Assembly (NCBI GenBank): GCA_027858325.1
Contig: JAQICU010000309.1
Location: 1 to 26,949 of the forward strand
Direction: 5' to 3'
Source of the DNA: Candidatus Cloacimonadota bacterium
Lineage (GTDB): Bacteria; Cloacimonadota; Cloacimonadia; Cloacimonadales; TCS61
DNA length: 26,949 bases
A program made the position numbers and the translations under genes. Each line of letters starts with the position of its first letter. The stretch's first letter is position 1. Below, piece after piece: positions 1 through 8,608 of the stretch. The notes beneath the pieces were generated by a model. The model saw only the letters and a program-made list of their open reading frames with translations, searched no databases and was not told where the DNA came from.

Positions 1-78
1 TTCACATTAATTTGTAATTTATTATAGAAATTTTTATTTGACACAAAAACCCGATATTTTGTTGAGTCCATTTTGCGT

Positions 79-154
79 GGCGGGATAGCTCAGTTGGTAG
101 AGCAGAGGCCTGAAAAGCCTTGTGTCCCCAGTTCAAGTCTGGGTCCTGCCACCA
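79..154 (+). tRNA. tRNA-Phe (anticodon GAA)
   Basis: 76-nt cloverleaf: acceptor stem GGCGGGA/TCCTGCC, D-arm TAGCTCAGTTGGTAGAGC, anticodon arm GAGGC-CTGAAAA-GCCTT with GAA at 112-114 (position 34), T-loop TTCAAGT, encoded CCA at 152-154. Confidence 0.97.
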
Positions 155-248
155 TTGTTATTAAAGTTATTTCAATGTTTTTTAGCCTTAGGAAAATTGG
201 TTCTCTTCTTATTCTCAAATCTCCAATCGTATATCGCAAATCTGAAAT

Positions 249-560
249 CTAACCTTTCTTCTCTTCCCCGCCTTTATCGATTATCGTAACTTTCTTCGGT
301 ATAAGCAAGAAAATTACATAGGGTGGAATGAACGCAATAATGATTGCAATAAATGGAGATGTTATATAATTCTTAAGAATGAAAAATATTGAAAGAAATA
401 TAATCCCGAAAATTAGATTGTAAAGCATTATAATTGGATGCCATTTGATTATAGTTTTACAGTCTGAACAAGTATAAGTTTTAAAAGGCGTACTTAAATA
501 ATTCCAGAAAAAAGAAACTTTCTGTCCACAAACAGGACATTTTATACGTTTAAAACCCAT
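249..560 (-). CDS. Small membrane protein with N-terminal Cys4 zinc-ribbon-like motif (CPVC...CSDC) and two predicted TM helices
   Basis: 103-aa ORF; ATG preceded by GGAGG; two CxxC motifs followed by two hydrophobic stretches. Confidence 0.7.
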   Translation of the reverse strand: MGFKRIKCPVCGQKVSFFWNYLSTPFKTYTCSDCKTIIKWHPIIMLYNLIFGIIFLSIFFILKNYITSPFIAIIIAFIPPYVIFLLIPKKVTIIDKGGEEKKG

Positions 561-690
561 ATTACCTCCTATGAGATTTGATTTGTATATTTTATATTAT
601 AATATTTATTTATATAAAACCAAATTTTATCTAATCTGGTTATTTTTTGATTTGCTTGACAAATATTTAAGTCAGGAAGTTTAAATTATT

Positions 691-856
691 TCGAGTCGAA
701 AGGAACAGAGTAACATCGACTCGAGGTAAAAGTTTCAGATTGCCTCGGCTCATCGTACCTTACGAGTCACATATTTTCGAGTCGAAAGGAACAGAGTAAC
801 ATCGACTCGAGATAAAGGTTTCAGATTGCCTCGACTCGTCGTACCTTACGAGTCGA
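691..856. repeat. Two-copy tandem repeat (period 86 bp) built from alternating TCGAGTCGA/TCGACTCGA inverted motifs; REP/BIME-like
   Basis: 691-768 and 777-854 match at 74/78 nt. Each copy holds two stem-loops (stems up to 9 bp; 16-nt and 8-nt loops). Intergenic between divergent genes. Confidence 0.85.
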
Positions 857-875
857 AACTATGTTGGGAGGAAAT

Positions 876-2423
876 TTGTATTTAATTAGAAACATATTAG
901 TACCAATTGCAAAAGAGATCGATCTTCAAAAAGCTATCTCCAATAAACTAAAGATTTCATCAAAACACATTAGCAATATCAAAATGATCCGCCGCTCAAT
1001 CGATGCACGCAAGAAAAATTACCTCAAATACAATTTCACTATTATTGCTGATATAGATTTCAATATTAAACTTAATAATGAAGTTCTGGAATATATTGAA
1101 CCGGAACCTTACATCAAAAGTTCAATCAAATTAACTGATCCTCATCCATTTATTATTGGAGCCGGTCCTGCTGGGCTTTTCGCTGCACTCTCACTCGTTG
1201 AAAAAGGATTTCAACCTTACATCTTTGACCGGGGAGAGACAATAGATCTTAGAGCAATAAAAGTTGAGAAATTCTGGCAAAAAGGAGTTCTGGATGAGAA
1301 CAGCAATGTTCAATTCGGTGAAGGTGGTGCAGGTACATTCTCCGATGGTAAACTTACTTCCAGAAGCAGAGATTTTTATACGAATCAAATTGTGGAATAT
1401 CTAATTAAATTTGGTGCTGATGAATCAATAAGATATGATGCCCTTCCCCATTTAGGAACGGATGGACTGAGAAAGATCATAATTAATTTGAGGAATTTCC
1501 TTACTGAAAATGGATGTAAATTCTTTTGGAACAGTAAGCTGGAAAATATCATAATTGAAAATAATAATATCACTGAAGTAGTTATTAACAATGAAAAATA
1601 CTCCCCCGAAATCCTGATTCTGGCTATTGGAAATTCAGCACGTGATACTTTCACAATGCTAAAAGATAAAACTGCCATGGAAAATAAATCTTTTGCTGTA
1701 GGTTTTCGAATTGAGCATTCACAAGAATTCATTAATAGTGCTTTCTATGGTGAGAAAACTAACTTTCCGCTTACAGGTCCGGCAAATTATCGCCTTACGG
1801 CTAAGTATAAAGATAAAGGAATTTATAGTTTCTGTATGTGTCCGGGTGGGTTTATTGTAGCCGGATCTTCAGAACAGAACAGCCTTGTACTTAATGGTAT
1901 GAGTTTTAAGGATAGAAGCAATAAATTAGCAAATAGTGCTATTGTGACAACAGTTAACAAAATTGATTTCGGTGATGATATTCTCGCCGGAATGAAGTTC
2001 CAACAACAGATTGAAAAAAAATGTTTCAACCATTCCAAACCTTATTTTGCTCCAACTCAAAATGCTGATGATTTCATGAAGAATTCAATTTCTTCAACTC
2101 AAAATCAAACAAGTTTTCTGCATGGAACATATCAAGAAGATCTAAATGAAGTTTTCCCGCAGAATATTACAGAATCATTAAAATCCGGGTTAAACAAATT
2201 CAATAACAAAATTCCTGGATTTATTGATAATGGTTTATTATTAGCACCCGAAACAAGAACATCATCTCCCGTACGTTTGCTCAGAAAACGTGATACTTTC
2301 CAGGCAAATGGATTCACTAATCTCTTTCCAATTGGTGAAGGTTCCGGTTATGCAGGGGGGATAATGAGTAGTGCTGCAGATGGATTTAAATGTGGTAATT
2401 TATTTCTTTTAAAACAAAAATAA
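876..2423 (+). CDS. Uncharacterised FAD-dependent oxidoreductase (COG2509-like)
   Basis: GAGPAG Rossmann motif, GEGGAGTFSDGKL, FCMCPGG, ETRTSSP and GEGSGYAGGIMS motifs typical of the family. Start moved from ATG 861 to TTG 876, which follows GGAGG at 867-871. Confidence 0.85.
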   Translation: MYLIRNILVPIAKEIDLQKAISNKLKISSKHISNIKMIRRSIDARKKNYLKYNFTIIADIDFNIKLNNEVLEYIEPEPYIKSSIKLTDPHPFIIGAGPAGLFAALSLVEKGFQPYIFDRGETIDLRAIKVEKFWQKGVLDENSNVQFGEGGAGTFSDGKLTSRSRDFYTNQIVEYLIKFGADESIRYDALPHLGTDGLRKIIINLRNFLTENGCKFFWNSKLENIIIENNNITEVVINNEKYSPEILILAIGNSARDTFTMLKDKTAMENKSFAVGFRIEHSQEFINSAFYGEKTNFPLTGPANYRLTAKYKDKGIYSFCMCPGGFIVAGSSEQNSLVLNGMSFKDRSNKLANSAIVTTVNKIDFGDDILAGMKFQQQIEKKCFNHSKPYFAPTQNADDFMKNSISSTQNQTSFLHGTYQEDLNEVFPQNITESLKSGLNKFNNKIPGFIDNGLLLAPETRTSSPVRLLRKRDTFQANGFTNLFPIGEGSGYAGGIMSSAADGFKCGNLFLLKQK

Positions 2424-2552
2424 GATTAAGAACAAAATTCATAAAATATTTGACAAAATAACTTATTATATTCTGTTGTCCTGTAAGGTGCAACAAATAA
2501 TTGCGCCTTGAGTAAGTAATTAAAATAAATTACTAGGGAAAAGGAGAGAAGT

Positions 2553-4220
2553 ATGAAAAAGAAACTATTAGTTTTTGCCTTACTACTGCTTACTATATCT
2601 GTATTTGCAGTATGGAATGTTGGTGAGCCTATCACTGACGATTATTCATGGACAGACAGTAATGGAGAATATCATTCAATCCATGAACTAACTGAAGCAG
2701 GAAAAGCAATTGTAATTTTCTGGGGAGAAAGCTGGTGACCTGGGTGTACAGCGGCGGCGCCGTTTATGGAAGCTTGGTGGAACACACAAAATCCTGATGA
2801 AGTATATTACATTGCAACTTTTGATTGGTCTGTTAATGGTGTTTATATGCCATACGCAACAGAAGTTTATGGTTATTACTCTGATTTTGGCAATGGGTAT
2901 GTCCCTTTCTTTGGAGTATTTGGAGCATATAACAATTTCATGTATGGTGATAATGATTATCTGCCAGCTCAAAACATGGTTCCTAATGCAATTGAATCAT
3001 TCAATCATATAGGTTTAGCATTCCCTGTCGCCGATAGACAGATCAATTTCTGGGGATTCGATCATATTGATATTACCAACGAGTTTGGCACTCCAACCGG
3101 GAACCCAATTTCTTCTGTATCAATAACTGGCAACAGCAATCCTAATATTGCAAATGTAGAGCTTGTTGATAATGTTATCACTGTAATTGTTGGATCTGAA
3201 CTTGGTTCTACTGAGATCACTGTAACTGGAGATGATGGAACAGATGAAACTGTGGATGATGTATTTGTAATTACTGCTTTGAATCCTAATCTATTGAGTT
3301 ACGAATATCTTCTGGAAGATAGTCCGATTCAAGGATTATCTCCCAACAATCCAAATCCTTATTCAAACTCATATATCGATCTTGGCTGGACATCAATAGA
3401 TGTTACTGAAACGGATGAAATTGCAAATGTTTATTTCTCAGTAATGTGGGAAAGTGTTGATTATGTTAGTGAAGGAAGTTTCCGTGCTACATCTCCAAAC
3501 GGAACCGATGTTTTACTTTATAATCCTTCTGGCACAGATCCTGTACAATTAGAGATCAACGCTACAGAATTTAATGGTGAAGCAATGGATGGTGAATGGA
3601 TCATTTACATGTTAGATAGCTATGGTGACGGTGGACATCAGGTTACTGATGGTGTTGTAAACTTTATGTCCGATACAGATGAAATCGGTCAAGTCGCCGG
3701 TATTGTTTCAGATGCTGATGGCAATCCAATTCCAGAAGCAGTTATTTCTGTAAGTAATATTGCTACTATGGCAGATGATCTGGGTCAATTCTCATTTGAA
3801 ATTCTTAGTGGTGATTACACATTCACCTGTGAAGCTGAGGGTTACGAAGTAACTACTATAGACGATGAAGTGATTACAGATGAACTTACTTACCTTGATT
3901 TCCAATTGACAGCAATTACAGGGACTAATGATCTTCCAGTTCTTATAACAGAACTTCAAAGCAACTACCCAAATCCATTCAATCCAGTTACAAATATTTC
4001 TTATTCAGTTAAAGAAGCTGGAGATGTTACTCTTGAAGTTTACAATATAAAAGGACAACTCGTAACCACACTTGTTAACGAGGTAAAAGAAACAGGTAAT
4101 TATACAACAATCTGGAATGGTACAGACAATTCAAACAAATCTGTATCCAGTGGTGTTTACTTCTATAAAATGAAATCCGGCAACTACACTGCAACCAAGA
4201 AAATGATCTTAATGAAATAA
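2553..4220 (+). CDS. Secreted selenoprotein (555 aa, Sec62): signal peptide + UxxC thioredoxin-like domain + Ig-like + P-domain-like + carboxypeptidase-regulatory-like + FlgD-Ig/T9SS-like CTD
   Basis: ORFs 2553-2738 and 2766-4220 are in the same frame, separated only by TGA 2736-2738; readthrough gives FWGESW-U-PGC. SD AGGAG and signal peptide are on the upstream part only. SECIS-like hairpin follows. NYPNPFNP...KKMILMK terminus. Confidence 0.88.
2745..2768 (+). promoter_or_regulatory. Bacterial SECIS-like hairpin for TGA 2736-2738
   Basis: AGCGGC-[GGC]-GCCGTT upper stem, extendable with a bulged C2749; G-first loop starts 17 nt after the TGA. GC-rich GCG GCG GCG CCG codons in an AT-rich gene. 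Confidence 0.7.
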
Positions 4221-4229
4221 GAGAATTGA

Positions 4230-4255
4230 GCCTGACCACTTGCAAGTGGTCAGGC
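4230..4255 (+). terminator. Perfect 26-bp palindrome after the selenoprotein 1 stop; possible terminator or RNA-stabilising hairpin
   Basis: GCCTGACCACTTGCAAGTGGTCAGGC, 9 nt after the stop codon; the T-run (4264-4268) is not immediately adjacent. Confidence 0.55.
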
Positions 4256-4327
4256 AACTTATCTTTTTAATGAAATAGTGTAGCGATGTTACTATCGCTA
4301 CATAGTCACAACGTTCAACATTGCGAT

Positions 4328-4357
4328 AAAACGCCCTGAGAGATCGGGGTGTTTTTT
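4328..4357 (+). terminator. Intrinsic terminator
   Basis: AAAACGCCCTGA-GAGA-TCGGGGTGTTTT stem with GNRA loop, running into a T-tract (4352-4357). Confidence 0.8.
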
Positions 4358-4436
4358 GTTATTAATTATTTGACAATTCACATCAATTTGCTTTGTTGCC
4401 TCATGTGTTGCAACAATGATTTTTCATGGAGAAAAA

Positions 4437-5246
4437 ATGAATAAGTATTTAACTGAATTAATGGAAGTCGGACTTACAGAGAATGAGGCAAAAGTATATA
4501 GTTGCCTTTTGCGAAAACATACATTCACAGCAACTGAGATTTCACAATGTTGCACCGTAAACAGATCCCGGATCTATTCCGTTCTTGCAAGTTTAATAAA
4601 TAAAGGATTGTGTATAGAAAAACTGGGGAAAGTCAGAAGATTCCAAGCTGAAACTCCGGAAATTGCTTTTGAAAAACTCATTAACGAACAAAATGAAAAA
4701 TTAAAAACCCTTAACTCTCTACCCGAGCTTCTCTCTCCAATTTATAATTCTAATACCGACAACTCTTCTCCACTCAAATTCATCGAAGTTTATGGTACAC
4801 CTTCAAGTATTATAAAAAAACATCACACACTTGAACTTGAATCTAAAAAAGTTGTGCTCTCTTTCTGCAAATCTCCTTATGCAATGTCATATGACCTTAA
4901 TATTCATGAGGAACAAGAAGAAAGCATGAAAACAGGTGTCGTATACAAATCGATCTTTGAAATAGAGAAAGATGGTATTGAACTATTTGCCAGAAGAATG
5001 AAAAATTTTGAAGATCAGGGTGAAGAGATAAAAGTGGCATATCACCTTCCAATAAAATTGCATGTGTTTGATAACCACACTGTTATGTTCTCCATGATCA
5101 ACCAGGTAAATCCTGAACAAAACCTTACATATATGGTTATTGAGCATTCAGACCTAGCTGAAACACTCATTACTACATTCTACAAATATTGGGGTGAAGC
5201 ACTCACAGTTAGAGAGTTTCTAAAGAAGGAAAATATTAAACTTTAG
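4437..5246 (+). CDS. TrmB-family transcriptional regulator
   Basis: N-terminal GLTENEAKVYSCLL...RSRIYSVLASLINKGL winged HTH; C-terminal effector domain (LPIKLHVFD). Start placed at ATG 4437 after GGAGA. Confidence 0.85.
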   Translation: MNKYLTELMEVGLTENEAKVYSCLLRKHTFTATEISQCCTVNRSRIYSVLASLINKGLCIEKLGKVRRFQAETPEIAFEKLINEQNEKLKTLNSLPELLSPIYNSNTDNSSPLKFIEVYGTPSSIIKKHHTLELESKKVVLSFCKSPYAMSYDLNIHEEQEESMKTGVVYKSIFEIEKDGIELFARRMKNFEDQGEEIKVAYHLPIKLHVFDNHTVMFSMINQVNPEQNLTYMVIEHSDLAETLITTFYKYWGEALTVREFLKKENIKL

Positions 5247-5306
5247 GAATGCAAATTGCATTATTTGATAGTGTAAAATAATAATAATAATATATTCGGA
5301 GGATTA

Positions 5307-6911
5307 ATGAGGAAAATTTTGTGGATCACTTTTGCAATGCTGATACTATTTACTTCTCTTTTTGCACAATTACCTGACCCACAACATGTAGTTTCAGCAA
5401 AGATCGAAGAGAATCAAATAAAGGTAACATACATAATACCAAAAGGTTTTTATCAGACTTTATTAAAAGACATGTTATTCATCGATGTGGATGAAGTTCA
5501 TGGAATTACTTTCGAGCCAACTATCTATCCGGATGGTGAAAAATCCGAAGATGGTTATACTAAATATCATGGGAAGTTTTCATTAACTAAGCAGTTTACT
5601 ATTTCAGATAATTATAATGGGAATTCTTTTTTAAAAGTTTATGCTGGATATCAATTGTGTGATGAAGGCGGGACATGTTTTATGCCAGAAGAAGTTGAAT
5701 TCAGTTTAACTTTATCATCTGGCATAGAAGTAAAGGAAGAAGAAAGAACCGAAGACGCACATAAAGAAATTAAAAGCGTAGATGATATAGAAGGTCTGAT
5801 CGTTTTATTAGAAGACTTTGAGATCACTGGAAAAGAAGCTGGATATCAAAACAGTGAAGATTTCGTTACATTCCTGGAAAAAGCAAAAGAACCTGGTTCA
5901 TTAAGTACAAATAAATTTGCAAATATGAGTATCTGGCTTATTATCATCCTTATCTTACTCGGGGGAATTGCCTTAAATCTCACTCCCTGTGTCCTTCCTA
6001 TGATACCGATTACAATTGCTGTTTTAGGAGCCGGTACACAATCAGAATCAAAAGCTAAAGGATTTTTGATCGGTGGAATTTATGGTCTGGGAATGGCATT
6101 AGCTTATGGGTTGTTGGGTGTAATTGTGGTTCTCACCGGTTCTCAGTTCGGCACAATAAACTCATCTCCCTGGTTCAATATTATTATTGCCGCTATTTTT
6201 ATTGCATTAGCTTTAGCTATGTTCGATATCATTCCTATAGATTTCTCCAAATTTCAAAGTAATAAAGTCGGAAGTAAAAGCAGAAGTAAATTTATAACTG
6301 TATTTATTCTGGGAATCATTGCTGCTGTTTTGGCTGGAGCGTGTGTAGCTCCTGTTTTGATCTCAGTAATTTTGTATTCAACTTCACTATATACTGCTGG
6401 TAATCCTGCTGGATTGCTATTACCATTTTTATTAGGTGTTGGAATGGCAATTCCCTGGCCTTTTGCTGGAGCTGGTCTTTCCTTCCTTCCTAAACCTGGC
6501 AACTGGATGAAATGGGTAAAGATCATATTCGGGATTATTATCCTGATTATTGCGATATTCTATTTTTTCACAGGAATCAAAATTTTCAAGAGTAACAGAA
6601 CTGTAGAATATATTGCGGAATCGCATGAAACTTCTGAACTTCCATGGAAGCACTCTATAATTGAAGGTTTAAAATTAGCAAAAGAAGAGGATAAACCGGT
6701 TTTCATAGATTTTTGGGCAACCTGGTGTAAAAACTGTTTAGCTATGGATGCAACTACTTTCAAGGATGAAAAAGTGATAGAGGAATTCGAAAATTACATT
6801 TTGGTCAAATACAAAGCTGAAAACCTTAAAGTATCACCTACAAAAGAGATCTTAAATCACTTTGAAATAATCGGTTTGCCAACTTATATTACTTTGGTTC
6901 CGAAAAAATAG
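5307..6911 (+). CDS. dsbD: Protein-disulfide reductase DsbD
   Basis: Signal peptide, N-domain CDEGGTC, TM domain with LTPCVLP and GACVAP, C-terminal thioredoxin DFWATWCKNC. Confidence 0.92.
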   Translation: MRKILWITFAMLILFTSLFAQLPDPQHVVSAKIEENQIKVTYIIPKGFYQTLLKDMLFIDVDEVHGITFEPTIYPDGEKSEDGYTKYHGKFSLTKQFTISDNYNGNSFLKVYAGYQLCDEGGTCFMPEEVEFSLTLSSGIEVKEEERTEDAHKEIKSVDDIEGLIVLLEDFEITGKEAGYQNSEDFVTFLEKAKEPGSLSTNKFANMSIWLIIILILLGGIALNLTPCVLPMIPITIAVLGAGTQSESKAKGFLIGGIYGLGMALAYGLLGVIVVLTGSQFGTINSSPWFNIIIAAIFIALALAMFDIIPIDFSKFQSNKVGSKSRSKFITVFILGIIAAVLAGACVAPVLISVILYSTSLYTAGNPAGLLLPFLLGVGMAIPWPFAGAGLSFLPKPGNWMKWVKIIFGIIILIIAIFYFFTGIKIFKSNRTVEYIAESHETSELPWKHSIIEGLKLAKEEDKPVFIDFWATWCKNCLAMDATTFKDEKVIEEFENYILVKYKAENLKVSPTKEILNHFEIIGLPTYITLVPKK

Positions 6912-6916
6912 AAGGT

Positions 6917-8035
6917 ATGAAAATGAAGAAATTCCTGATCTTAATCAGCGTGGTTTTGATACTTTTTGCCTGTGATAGATTTGAACACAAATTTGAGCCG
7001 GAAATAAACAGTGAAAATTATATAATTGATTTTTTTAATACTTTTGCAGATTCAATTTCCACATTCCCGGAAAATATCCCTGGTATTATGTCTTTCTATA
7101 ATGATGACTATAATAATAATGGTGTCACAAAGTTGGATGTAGAAAATTTCTATATTGAACTTTCTCTTTTAACACCTGGTACTCTTGATCTTGAAGCAAT
7201 AATTATTGATACAACTGATAATTTCAATATTGAATGGAGATTGATAGCTACTGAACTCTCAACTTTTACATACTTGGATTCCATAATTACAGATGTTTTA
7301 TTGCCAACTGAAGATTCTTTCCAATTCTACGGAAACCAGGCAGACATGAGAAATGTTATTGTAGAACTTTTTACCGGACAATGGTGTCCAAACTGCCCAA
7401 ATGTTGAAGAAGCATTGCATAACCTCAGAATGCAATATGGAAGCAGATTCTCTTACGTTGAGTATCATATTGGCGATCAGCTTGCCGGTGATTTTTCAGA
7501 TATATTCAGTTATTATCCAAACAACGGAACACTGCCTTTCGGCATTGTAAACGGAAATGCACATATAGTTTATTCTGCTCAAAGTGTTGAGGAAGTTCAA
7601 GCAGAAATTGAAGCTGCAATTACACCACTTCTACAAGAACAACTTTTAGTATCTCTTTCTAACGTACAATCTAATCTTACAGATTCTCTGCTTACCGGAT
7701 CTGTCCAGATCGAGATTGATCCTTCCATTCCGACAGAAAACCTTACTTTGGTTGCTGTTTTGATGGAAGATTATAATGACGAGTATCTGAACAATCATGG
7801 AGATCCTCACTACAATATTGTGCTGAAAAGAACTACTTTCGATATTTCAGCTTTAAATTTAGATGATCCCATTGATTTTGAAATAACAGATCTGGATGTA
7901 CTTCCGCAATGGTATATGGACAATACAATCGGTTTACCCGAGGATCTTACTTTAGTGATCTGGGTTCAAACTTTAGAGATACCGTATAATCAAAATACAT
8001 GTGCTGTATATAATGTTATCGAAGTTTCTCTATAA
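6917..8035 (+). CDS. Lipoprotein with C-terminal Omp28-like thioredoxin-fold domain (CPNC)
   Basis: Lipobox LFA-C; VELFTGQWCPNCP motif resembling Omp28-family proteins. Confidence 0.75.
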   Translation: MKMKKFLILISVVLILFACDRFEHKFEPEINSENYIIDFFNTFADSISTFPENIPGIMSFYNDDYNNNGVTKLDVENFYIELSLLTPGTLDLEAIIIDTTDNFNIEWRLIATELSTFTYLDSIITDVLLPTEDSFQFYGNQADMRNVIVELFTGQWCPNCPNVEEALHNLRMQYGSRFSYVEYHIGDQLAGDFSDIFSYYPNNGTLPFGIVNGNAHIVYSAQSVEEVQAEIEAAITPLLQEQLLVSLSNVQSNLTDSLLTGSVQIEIDPSIPTENLTLVAVLMEDYNDEYLNNHGDPHYNIVLKRTTFDISALNLDDPIDFEITDLDVLPQWYMDNTIGLPEDLTLVIWVQTLEIPYNQNTCAVYNVIEVSL

Positions 8036-8056
8036 ATATTTAAGGAGTGATATAAC

Positions 8057-8596
8057 ATGAAAAATATTTTTATAACTATACTGATCATGATTCTGGCAAT
8101 TCAAATATTTGCTGCTGAAAAAGCCGGTGATTTTAAATTAGAAAACATTGAAGGTAAACAGGTTAAATTATCTGATTTTCAAAAAGAAGGTCTAGTAATA
8201 TTAGATTTCTGGGCGACCTGGTGTGTTCCCTGTAAAAACGGACTACCTAAAATAAATGAATTACATGAAAAATATGATAATGTTAATGTATTGACAATCA
8301 ACGTAGATAAACCTCGAAAAAAAGCCGCGGCCATTTCTACTGTCAAATCGAATCGTTTTACATTCCACACATTATTCGATTCCAAAAAAGTTGTTCAAAA
8401 ACAATATAACATTACAAATATTCCTCGCACATTGATCATAGATCAGGATGGAACAATAATTTATGATCATACAGGTTATCAGCGAGGTGATGAAAAACAT
8501 TATGAGGAAGTGATCGTTAAGTGGCTGGAAGAACAGGAGACCGGTGAACCCAAGGAAGATATATCCGAACCAGAAATCGAAGTACCGGAAGACTAA
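8057..8596 (+). CDS. TlpA-family thiol-disulfide reductase
   Basis: Signal peptide; DFKLENIEGKQVKLSDF, LDFWATWCVPC and cis-Pro NIPRT motifs. Confidence 0.9.
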   Translation: MKNIFITILIMILAIQIFAAEKAGDFKLENIEGKQVKLSDFQKEGLVILDFWATWCVPCKNGLPKINELHEKYDNVNVLTINVDKPRKKAAAISTVKSNRFTFHTLFDSKKVVQKQYNITNIPRTLIIDQDGTIIYDHTGYQRGDEKHYEEVIVKWLEEQETGEPKEDISEPEIEVPED

Positions 8597-8608
8597 TATG
8601 GTGAGAAA

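Noticed and set aside
79-560. Integrative element at tRNA-Phe
   Set aside because: No integrase and no duplicated tRNA 3' end in this window.
691-856. CRISPR array
   Set aside because: Only two units, the intervening sequences are themselves repeated, and there are no cas genes in the window.
2766-4220. Independent genes starting at ATG 2766 and ATG 11104, with separate 60-61 aa peptides upstream
   Set aside because: The downstream parts have a secretion CTD but no signal peptide or SD; the upstream parts supply both; frames are continuous.
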